Assembly (NCBI GenBank): GCA_000388065.2
Contig: KB932217.1
From: Fonticula alba ATCC 38817
Taxonomy: Eukaryota; Protista; Nucleariida
Direction: 5' to 3' (one strand)
Length of the DNA stretch: 26,365 bases
Part shown: positions 10,993-20,625 of the stretch, one piece after another
Layout: every line of letters begins with the position of its first letter
How positions within the stretch are numbered: position 1 is the stretch's first letter
The notes under the pieces: generated by a model
Told to the model about the DNA's origin: nothing
Seen by the model: only the letters and a program-made list of their open reading frames with translations
Database searches by the model: none
Made by a program: the position numbers and the translations under genes

Positions 10993-12378
10993 GCCTCGGC
11001 ACCGGTCCGGGCCATGCCGCCCCCTTCCTCTTGCTGCTCCCCCCATGTGCTGCGCTCGGACGTTGCAAGGCACTGACTTTCCGGCGGCGGATGGGGATCT
11101 CCCCCCTCTTCCCCCTCCCTCCTCCTCCCCTGCCCCGGCCCACCATAGGTCACCCCCGACGACCTGCGCGCCCTGGTGTCGACCGGCATCTCGGACCTGA
11201 TCGATCCCATCCGCGAGCAGTTCACCGGCGACGCGCGCTGGGCCGAGTCCGAGGCCAAGGGCTACCCCACGGCCGAGGCCACCGGGGCCGCCCCCTGCGA
11301 CGACCTGCTCGACGAGCTGGCCGCCATGGACTCGGGCAAGATGACGGCGGAGCTGGTGGCCGCCGTGGCCGAGTGGAAGGCCGGGCGCACGGCCTCCTCG
11401 GATCTCGGGCCCCTGCGCCGGGCCGTGGCCCCGGCCCTGGCCCATGAGTATGCCCACCGTCTGGCCACGGCCTCCGGCGACCGGCTGGCCGCCTTCCGCG
11501 CCCGGCTGGCCGATCAGGCCCAGCTCCGGGCCCTGGTCCAGAGCGTGGCCAGCTATGTGGCCGAGCAGCCGGCCGCCGCCGGGGCGGCCGAGGTGGATGC
11601 CACCGCCGCCGGGCCGCTCGGGCTCGGGTCCGTGGCGGCCCTGCTGACGCAGCTCCTGTCGCGCCTGCAGCCGGTGGACACTGCCGCCGCCGCCGCCGGT
11701 GGGGAGGATGGCGCTGCCGGCCTCTCGGCCGTGGCCGCCGTGCAGGGGCCCCTGGCCCAGTCGGTGGCCGACATCGGCGCCAAGGCGCCCAACTGCGACT
11801 TCGTCGACATCGGCCGGACCCTGCTGGCCGACATGGCCAGCCTGGCCGGCCTGGTGGAGCGCATTTCCGCCAACCTCACCGACGCCGACCAGGTGGCCCC
11901 CCTGCTGCTGACCCTGTGCGTGCAGCTGAAGACCCTGAGCACCAACCTGAACAGCATGCGCCCGGCGTGCGATCAGTCGCTGTCGAAGTCGCGCGCGCGC
12001 GACTTCAAGGCCAAGCTCGACCAGCTGGCCGCCCTGGCGCAGGAGCTCCTGCCCGGGTGCACCCTGCTGGCTGGGCTGCTGCAGTGTGTGGCCGCGTGGC
12101 TCGGGGCCGCCCGGCGCCTCGGCACCGAGGGCACCCTGGCCGAGGTGGCCGGCCAGCAGCCGGTGCCGGCCTTCCTGGCCGCCGTGAATGCCGACCTGCT
12201 GGCCTTCCTGGACGGCTCGTCGCAGCTGATCCTCACCTTCCCGGCGGAGCTGCTGGCCCAGATCTTCGACGTGGCCAGCGACCTGAACACCGATGTCAGC
12301 GCCTTCATCGACACGCTGGACGCGCCGTTTGTCGGCTTCCTCAGCGCCGCCATGGCTGCCCTGGAGGCGGCTGCCTAA
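9801..12378 (+). CDS. YARS1: Cytosolic tyrosyl-tRNA synthetase (yeast/animal type) with about 360-aa C-terminal helical extension
   Basis: Exons 9801-10079, 10317-10946, 11149-12378 (712 aa). ITKNLQE, IYWGTAPTGKPHIGYF (HIGH), ADLHAFLD, YPLLQALDEQYL, QFGGVDQRKIF, HLLNPMVPGLQGAKMSAS (KMSKS) and KGYP follow yeast Tys1 closely. Confidence 0.97.
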
Positions 12379-12396
12379 GCAGCGCGCGCGGGGGGG

Positions 12397-12433
12397 GCGG
12401 TGTGTATGTTGTTGTTGGTTGTTGGTTGTTGTT
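12397..12433. repeat. (GTT/GGTT)n microsatellite just 3' of the TyrRS stop
   Basis: gtatgttgttgttggttgttggttgttgtta read directly. Confidence 0.75.
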
Positions 12434-13042
12434 ACGTGCACGGGCCTGGGCCTCTCCCTCCCTCTCCCTCTCCTTTCTCGCGGCCGATGCGGTGTGTGCG
12501 TGTGTCGATGTCACCACGCGCCTCCGCCGTCGGTGCGCGTCCCTCCCGCCGAGCGGGGCCCGGCCCTCCAGCGTGCGTGCGCACACACGAGCAGGGGTCT
12601 CCAGTCGGAATGACGGGCCCTCGGAAGAGAGAGGGGGAGAGGGATGCACAGACACGCTGCGCCGATACAAATATACATAGCTACACATGCACACATGTAC
12701 TGCGCGCCAGCAACCAGCCCCTGGTGGTAGGGGACGGGGGGCTGGTCGAGCGAGCTCTCTGCCTCTCTCTCTCTCGGTCCTGGCGGAGGGTGTCGGGCAA
12801 AAAATCGGGCGCGGTTGGACCGCGGCTCGATCACGACCTGACCACGCTCGGGGGAGGGGAAGTGCCCCGGGGGGTGGGGGGGGGTGGGCGGGCCAAGAGG
12901 GCGGGGCGGGGATCTCATGCACCCGGCCGAGGGCCGTATATCCCCGAGTGGCGCCCCGCAGCCGGGCCAAGGGGGGGGGGGGTGTTTCAGATCGCGCCCC
13001 GGCCATCCTCGCCCCGCCCCTTGCCCATCTTCTCGCCCATCC

Positions 13043-13108
13043 CTCTCCCATCCTCTGGCCCCTCCCTCTTCCTCTCCCATCCTCTGGCCCCTCCCTCTTC
13101 CTCTCCCA
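13043..13108. repeat. 29-bp pyrimidine-rich direct repeat (2.3 copies) upstream of the WLM gene ATG
   Basis: ctctcccatcctctggcccctccctcttc at 13043-13071 and 13072-13100, plus a partial third copy. Confidence 0.85.
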
Positions 13109-13160
13109 CCCCGCTATCCCCCCCCCCCTGCTGGACAGCGCACACCACCCCTGGCGCGCC

Positions 13161-14640
13161 ATGCGCATCCCGCCGGGGCTCCTGCCCGGCATGGCCGACG
13201 GCCGGTACAACAATGCCCACCTAAAGACGGTTCTCAGTGGCCGGCCACAGAGCTGCGTCGTCCGGCGTGTCGAGGGGCAGTCCAGTCGCCCGGCGGCGGA
13301 TTACGCCCTGGGCCTGCTGCAGCGCCTGGTCGAGGACACGAAGCGCGTGTTGGAATTGCGCGGCTGGCATGTGGGCCTGCTGAAGGAGTTCTACCCGAAG
13401 AACCCGCAGCTCCTGGTGCGTGCGACTCCCCAGAACAGCGGAGGGGCCGAAATACCGACCGCCCCGGTCTTGTCTCTTCGTGTGGCTCCCCCTCGATCGG
13501 TGGGGTACTGGTGATCACTCTCTGACGTGCGGCCTGACCTCGCTCTGTGCTCCGCCATTTTCTCCTCTGCTGCTGGCGAACTCCACTCAGGGGATGAACG
13601 TCAACTACGGTCAGACGATCCTCATTCGCCTGCGGCTCCCCGGCCGGGACAGTGCCTTCCTGGACTACGAGGACATCCTGGAGACCATGCTCCACGAGGT
13701 GCGCACCCTGGTGTCCCCCACCGCCCGCCCGACCACAGGGAGGGCGGGCGGAGCAATCCCGCCTCCTGCCTCCCATGAGGGGCTCCTCCTTCTCGGGCGT
13801 GCTTCCCTGCGTCTGGGCCCCTCTTTCTCACACACACACACACACACACATACACGGACACGCCTTTGGCCCTCTGGTCGCCTGCGCGCGCATGCGCTCA
13901 CTGCACCGCCATCACCACCATCACATCATCGCACGCACATGCAGCTCGCACACAATGACATCGGCAAGCATGACGAAAGCTTCTTCGCTCTGTTGGAGGA
14001 GCTGCGCTTCGAGTGTGCCGCCGCCCGCGGGACGCTCGGCTTCTCGGTGGTCGCTCCGCGCGGCCGCGACCCCGGCACCCTGACGCCGGTGAGTCGACTG
14101 CTGTCGGGCAGCGGCGCGGCCGGCGGGCCTGGCGCCGCACATGCTGACGCGCCGGCGGCCGGCCCGGCCCGCGGGGTGCGTCTTGGTGCCACATCCAAGG
14201 CACGCCCGACGCCTGGGGGTCTGTCGGCCCGGCAGATGGCCGCGGCCGCCGCGCTACGGCGCTTTGCCGCGACCACCGGGTCGGCGCCCTCCGGCCGCCG
14301 GCTGGGCGGCCCTGCCAGCGAGGCGCATGCACGCTCGCCGGCCATGGCCGCGGCCGCGGCCGCGGCCCGTGCCCGCTATGGCCCACCGATCGGCGTGCCG
14401 GCCCCGGCCGAGGCGGAATGCTGCTCGGCCGACCGCCAGGCCGAGGCCCTGGGCGGCATCAGCCTGCCGGATCTATGCGCCCTCATTGACCTGACGCAGG
14501 AGGAGGCCGACGACCAGCCGGCCGGGCGAGACCCCCCCAGGCAGCCGGACTGCCGGGTCGAAATGGCCGCGGACCCTGTGCCGGTGGGCCTGGTCGTGTG
14601 TCTACTCTCTGACGAGGAGGATTCCCGGTCGTCGCGCTGA
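13161..14640 (+). CDS. WSS1: Wss1-like WLM-domain zinc metalloprotease (DNA-protein crosslink repair family)
   Basis: Exons 13161-13415, 13591-13698, 13945-14640 (352 aa; alternative start ATG 13191). RGWHVGLLKEFYPKNPQLL|GMNVNYGQTILIRLR and MLHE|LAHNDIGKHDESFF (HExxH plus third His). The tail has a VIM-like motif RQMAAAAALRR and SIM-like motifs LIDLT and VVCLLSDEED. Confidence 0.9.
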
Positions 14641-14736
14641 GGTGCAGCGTCCCCGTGGCGTGTGTCATGAAAAGCTGAAAAGAAAAATATAGCCAAAAAA
14701 GTAACCAACCCTCCCGCCTCCCGTGTGTTTGTCTTG

Positions 14737-14844
14737 GCGCCTGTCTCTGCGCCTGTTTCTGCGCCTGTCTCTGCGCCTGTCTCTGCGCTTGTTCCTGCGC
14801 TTGTTCCTGCGCTTGTTCCTGCGCTTGTCTCGGCGCTTGTCTCT
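14737..14844. repeat. 12-bp tandem array, 9 copies, consensus GCGC(C/T)TGT(C/T)(T/C)CT
   Basis: Units at a 12-bp period from 14737: four GCGCCTGT(C/T)TCT, three GCGCTTGTTCCT, two GCGCTTGTCTC(G/T). No spacers. Confidence 0.95.
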
Positions 14845-15544
14845 GTCTCCGTTTTTGGATCTGTTCTTCTTTTTCGCAGGGGAGTCTCTCGCATACACGC
14901 ACACTCGATGCACGTCACGCGCCAGCGGAGATTGGCAATGAGGAAGAGGCGAGCACATTAAGAGGGGGGGGGGGGGGACAAACCACAGTGTTGTTGAAGG
15001 GTTTTCGAGTGTATTATGATGTGTTTGGAGGGGCCTCCGCGCACTCCCTCCATCGAAGCGAGGAACTGGTCTGTCTCGTGGGGTAGGGTAGGGGGAGAGG
15101 GTGGGGAGGGAGTGGTGCTTCTCACGCAGCAACACGCGAACGTGTAGACACACAGGAGAGTGCACACGCGCGCGCGCGCAGGAGGGGGCTCGAGGAGAGT
15201 GGGACACCTGGCGTCATGTGCACATGGCGCGTGGTGGGAGGCAGTGATGGCCATGGCCAAGGGTCATGTGCCCCCGATGCCTGGGCCCCATCGGTGCGTG
15301 CCCTCTCGCCCTCGAGCCTAAGTCGGGGGGAGGGGGGTCCGCGGGAGGAGGAGCCGCATCACCCTGCCATCTTCTCCTCCTGGCCCTCTCTTCGGGGAAA
15401 AGGGAGCGCCCTGGCATGGGCGAGGGGGGGGGGGGGGGCAGGGCGGGGGAGCTATCAAGGAGGAGGAGGAAGAAGAGGAGGAGGGGAGAGAGAGGCACAC
15501 CAGGAAGGAGGCGCAGCTCTCTAGAAAAGGCATGTGCCATGCTC

Positions 15545-17640
15545 TCAGGTGGACGCGGGGACGGTGGACGCCTCGGCCTCGGCACGGAAGGCCGAAGCAG
15601 CGGCCTCGGCAGCCGCGTCGTCGGCCTCGGCGGCCGCGGTGGCCGGCTCCTTGTCCTTCTTGGAGGACTTCTTGGAGGACTTGCCCTGCTTGGACAGCTC
15701 CTCGCGCTCGAGCTTGGCCTGGTCCAGCTCGCGCTTGATCTGGTCCTCGAAGGCGCGGACGTCCTCCTTGCTCATGCCGAGCCAGCGGTCCATGTAGCAG
15801 AAGATCTTGCGGTTGAACTGGAGAAGCATGTTGCGCTGGAACTGCGTGTGTGTGTGGGGGGGGGGGGGGGCATGTGTGCGTCCGCGCGCCCGCGCATCCG
15901 AAGGTGTATGGCCGGCATGATGATGGGACAGGCACAGCCAGCGACATTGCCCCCGGAGGGGAGGGGGGGGGAGGGGGACGAGAGGCCCGGCAAGAGGCAT
16001 GGGAGGTGGGTGAACCGAAGCGCGTCAGCACATGACCGGCACAGGGGGGGGGGGGGTCAACCGAGGCGCGCTTGTGCACACATGCACACGCGTGTGAGGC
16101 GCACGCACGTTGATCATGTAGTTCTGAACCTTGGTCTCCAGGCCGAAGACGTTGAACTTCATCTCGACCAGCTTGTAGGCGGTGACGACCTCCGCATCAT
16201 CGGCCAGGGTCTCCAGCCAGTCGGGCTTCAGGGGGGAAATGTTGGCACGCTCGCAGCCGACGAGCGAGGGATCGGACGCGGCATCATACGACTGCTTGTC
16301 CAGAAGGGGAGGGGACACGTCAGAACCGGCACACACACACACGAGGGTACCCGACCGATGGCGGGGACCGGCCACCGGGATGCACAGGCCCATGGGGATG
16401 CCCCCCGGGAGGAGGGCGGTCACATGGCGGCGAGGGGGAGAGAAAGAAAGGCCCACGCATGGCACGACGCACGTCGGGCTCGACCTTGTCGGTGACGATG
16501 TTGATGTAGTCGACAACGCGGTTCTTCAGCCGGCTGCCACTCAGGTTGTGGGCCTGCAACCGGTGTCCACACGATCGCGGCCCGGCAGCCGGGACGCCGC
16601 AAGGGGAAACAGCCACGGGAAGGCACAAGTGTCAGATGAGCAGGGACCGGGTGCATGTGGGCGGAGGAGGGGGGCAGGAGATGCGCCACGCGGCCATCCG
16701 CCCGCGGGACGCACATTCTCCTGATGGCCCTTGTCGGCCGCGTGGATGGTGGTGATGGTAAGCTCGAAGCGATCCCCGAGGAAGGGGTTCTTCAGGACTG
16801 GACACACGTGTTAGCCATGGCTCGCAAGGAGGGGGAGGGGGGGAGGGGGAGAGAAAACATGGGACATCCCTCCGACACGGTGGCCGGGGGCGTGGCAATG
16901 GAAACGCACCGGTCTTGGTGTAGGGGAAGCCGTTCCAGGCGTCCTCAATCAGGATGAGCGAGCTGGCCGGAGCCAGGACCTGGACATACTTGGGCACACG
17001 ACTGCGCATGCGCACAGCCGGGGCAGGACCGGGCCCCGGGCACGAGGAGGGCATGACAGTTAGTCACGGACTAGACGCGCGCGCGCGCGCGATCGGGAAG
17101 AAGAGGCGGCGCGCGGCCGGCCGGGGGGCCGCGGCGAAGGGAGACACGCACGTGCCGAGGTGGTAGATCTTCTGGGTGTACTGGCCCTTGCCGAGGACGG
17201 GATCGTCATAGGGCTCGTTCTTCAGGATCTCGACACCGGCATCGCCGGAGGTCTCCTCCTTGGACATCTCGGCCACGCAGAAGAGCTGCGCGATGTCATA
17301 CTGCAGGCAGGCCGGCGGCCGGCGAACGGGATGCGGCAGGGGGAGGGCGCCGTTAATGATCACTCCTCCCGGGTGGCATGCGGGTGGTGTGGATGTGTGT
17401 GCGGGGAGGTGATGGCAGGCCGCATGCGGGGTGCTTCCTGGCGGGTGCGCGTGCATGTGGAAAATACGCACGTTGTCAAGGGAAATGGGCACCGGGATGC
17501 GGCTGACAGGGGACCAGGCGCAGGAGGGACGACGAGCACGGGTCAGCCAAGGGGAGGGGTGAGGGTGAAAGGGGGGGCCGAGCAGGGGGGCCGAGCAGGG
17601 TGTCCAGCGCGAGTACGCACAACTCACGAATCATCACCAT
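15545..17640 (-). CDS. Phosphatidylinositol transfer protein (START-like PITP alpha/beta/RdgB family), single domain with basic/Ala-rich tail
   Basis: Eight exons (minus): 17640->17621, 17502->17472, 17300->17152, 17001->16910, 16797->16715, 16553->16473, 16291->16109, 15841->15545; 936 nt = 311 aa. Motifs MVMIREFRIPVPIS, GVEILKNEPY, GQYTQKIYHLG, IEDAWNGFPYTKT, AYKLVEMKF, FNRKIFCYMDRW. Confidence 0.95.
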
Positions 17641-18529
17641 GGTTGCGATGGGGCGATGGAAGGCGGGCGGGGGCGCGGGGAATGGGGGGGGGGAGGAGGC
17701 GCGCGGAGGGGGGGGGGGTGGGGCGAGGATCGGGAGGGGAAGATCGGGGGCGTTGCGCGATCCCGCCGGGGCGGCGAACCCCCCCTCGACGGCCCCCAAA
17801 AAAAGTCCCCCCCTTGTCACGAGCCGGGCTGCCCGCAAGCACAAAGGCCCGCGGCTGCTGGCAGACACTCGCCCACGCCGGCATCGTTGCCAGCGGGCGC
17901 GAGCGGGACAAAGAAAGGCAGCGGGCGGGGGGGGGGGAGAGAGGCAACGCAAGAAAGGGAGACAGCGAGCAAAAGCGCGAGACGGGACGCGAGGGAACGT
18001 CGGTGGACGCACAGGCACAGGGGGGGGGACGAGGCCGGAGGCCGCGCCCGCAAGGAGTGGCACCTTGCATGGGTAATCGTCGGGGAAACGACACCGGCCC
18101 GTAGCCCCGGCCCGCGCCGGCAAACTAGCGTAAGCTGCCGGGCATGTCTCGCAACGCACAGCCACGGCGCCAAGGGGGGGGGGGCGGAGTGCGCGTGCGT
18201 GTGCGCGTAAGCCCGCGCCCAGACTAGATGGGGGAGGGGCACCACGCGCCCGGGCCCCCGGTCGGGCCGAGAAAAGACCGAGCGGTCACACACAGGGGCG
18301 CCCCCGCCGCCGCCCGGCCTCGCACCCCGTCCAGGAGGGCGGCACCGGCACACGCACGGGAACCTCACGGCAGCGAACGAGCGCCGGGCCCCTTGGTGGG
18401 TGCGCAAGGGGAAGAAAAAAAAAAAACAATAACACCAGGCGGCCCAGGTGTGGGGCGGCGCGCGGTCCCCCAGAGGGGAGCCCGAAGAACACGGCCGAAT
18501 TCGGGTCATGCTTCTTCCGGGCGAGGGCG

Positions 18530-18540
18530 CGCGGGGCGCG

Positions 18541-18580
<40 letters not shown>

Positions 18581-18630
18581 GCCGGGGGGGGCCCCCGCCG
18601 GGGGGGGGGGGGGGGGGGGGGGGGGGCATG
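18530..18630. repeat. Long poly-G tracts (G-quadruplex-prone; may be low-quality sequence)
   Basis: Runs of about 36 and about 27 G separated by short GC islands. Confidence 0.7.
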
Positions 18631-20625
18631 CGCCCGGCCGGCGCGGACAGCCCACGCCGGGGCCGCAGCGGCGGAGAAGGATCCAGCAGGTGGCCGCGGT
18701 CAGGTTCGCCCCCCGCCCCCTCGCTGCGCGTGTGACGCGCCTCCGCTGAGAGATCGTCCCGGCTCTCGACCGGGCTCCGGCGTCGGCCGCCCCGGCGGCA
18801 CACGGGTGCGCGTACGGCCCGGTCCGGCCCTCGCGCCCGCCAAGACGCCGCGAGATGCAGCGGCGGGGGCGGGGCGTCTCCCGAATTCAAACTCCGCCAA
18901 TTCCAAGCCGCGCCTGAGACGCTCCCGCGCAGGCAGGCGGCCAGGGCGGCCGGCCGGCCGGCGGCGGGGTTGACGAGAGGAAAAAAAGGAAGCGAAAAGG
19001 CCCGGCGGTGGTCAGGGGGCCCAAGAAAAAGAGACATTATAAAGCCGATAAATATTGGCCCTCGCACCGAGTTTTCGCATGCCCAGGGAGAGGAGGGGCC
19101 TCTGTGGCCGCACGCTCGCGCACATGCTGATATCCATATGCGGCTTCCCTTCCCGCCGTCTCGGCCCCGGGGCCCCGCCCGGAGCGGGCAAGTCCGGCGA
19201 CTGGGGGCGGAATTTTTTGGACCCCCGGTCGCCCGATGCCCGGCCGCGCCGCCGACAAGGGGACGGGCGCCTGCGGCGGCGCAAGTGGAATGCATTCTCT
19301 TTCCCGGTTGTCTCCCCCCCCCCCCCCGGCCCCAGCGCTTGGAGCCCGGCCCCCGCCCCCCGCCCCCCTTCTCCACACCCGAGGGCGGGCGGCAGAAGGC
19401 GGGGCACCGTTGGGCCACCTCCACCACGCGTCCCGGCGGGCGGCGGCTCCAAGGCCGGGCGCGGCTCCGGAGAAAAGGCCCGCATTAATTGCCGTCATAT
19501 TGCCTGCTGCGTTCCTGGCGGCCCAACCGGACCGGGGGCCCGGCGAGCGCGTGCGCGCGGCTCCGGGGCGCCACCGCGCCCACGCGAGGGCCGCGCTGGG
19601 CCGGGCCGTCAGGCCGTCGGGTGCCGCGCGCGCACGCACGCCCCCGGGGGGGGGGGGGACAACGCGCGCTGGCGGCCGGCGCCGGACGACATCGCGCGCC
19701 CCCGGGCCTTGCGCATGCTCGCTCGCGCCCCCTACCGGGGGGGGGGGATGGATGGGCCCGGCCTTTTTCCCGGGGCCGCCTCCCTCCCCCGCCCCACCAC
19801 ACACATGCACACCCAGACACACGTAGGATGTGCCCCCCGGGGGCCGGCGGGTTGGATGCACGGCGGCCTGCACATTGGCGCGTGCGGCGTTGTCGCAGGG
19901 TCGTCGCGAGGCCGTGCAGAGAGCCGGGCGCGCCCCACACGCGGCCGCGCACGCCATGGGGCTCTCAACACGTAGGCCCCCCCGGGGCGGGGGCGGGGGC
20001 GGGGGCGGGGGCGGGGACTTACCAGGAATCGTGACACCGCGTCGGCACCCGCGAGGGATGCCCGCGCTGCCCTGCCCCCGAAGACCGGGCAGCTGGTGGC
20101 CGGCCGTGTGCGTGCTCGGGGCCCGGGGACGCCCGGCCCGGCCCGGCCCGGCCCGGCCCCCCATTCTCCGCCCCAGGCCCTTGCTGCCGAGCCCTGTGCC
20201 GGCCGGCGCGATCCAAGCGCACATGCAGCCCCGCGTCGCCGACCGCACTTCCACGGGCCGGCTGGCTCACGGCGAGGGGGGCGAAGGATGCCAGAACCGG
20301 CGCGTGGGTTGACACAACAGTTGGTAGTTCCGTTGCCGCGGCGTCCGTGCAGCAGAGCACGGCGGCCGCCGCGCCGGTCGGCGTGTCCGGGCACCGCCCC
20401 ACAACTCGCGGCAGCCAACGCGCCGCGAATGGCCTTTCGAAGGCACGCGCGCGCGCCACATGACACGCCCATACCAACGGATCGCACTGTTGTGTGCCGC
20501 GCCCCCTGTTCCGTGCGGCTCCCTGGCCGCCAGCCACCCCTCGGGCTCCGTGCTGGCGGGGATCCCCCCCCCCCGGCCGCGGGAGGGAGAGCAGCCCCGC
20601 ACCGACGACGGTCCCCGCCGTGGCA

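Noticed and set aside
6176-12378. Single double-length TyrRS gene as in trypanosomatids and plants
   Set aside because: The halves are on opposite strands and each has its own stop codon and long C-terminal tail, so re-orienting contigs would not fuse them.
14737-14844. CRISPR-like array, or the ORFs it encodes (14376-14918, 14483-14902, 14723-14961)
   Set aside because: Contiguous tandem units without unique spacers in a eukaryotic context; the periodic peptides simply reflect the 12-bp period.
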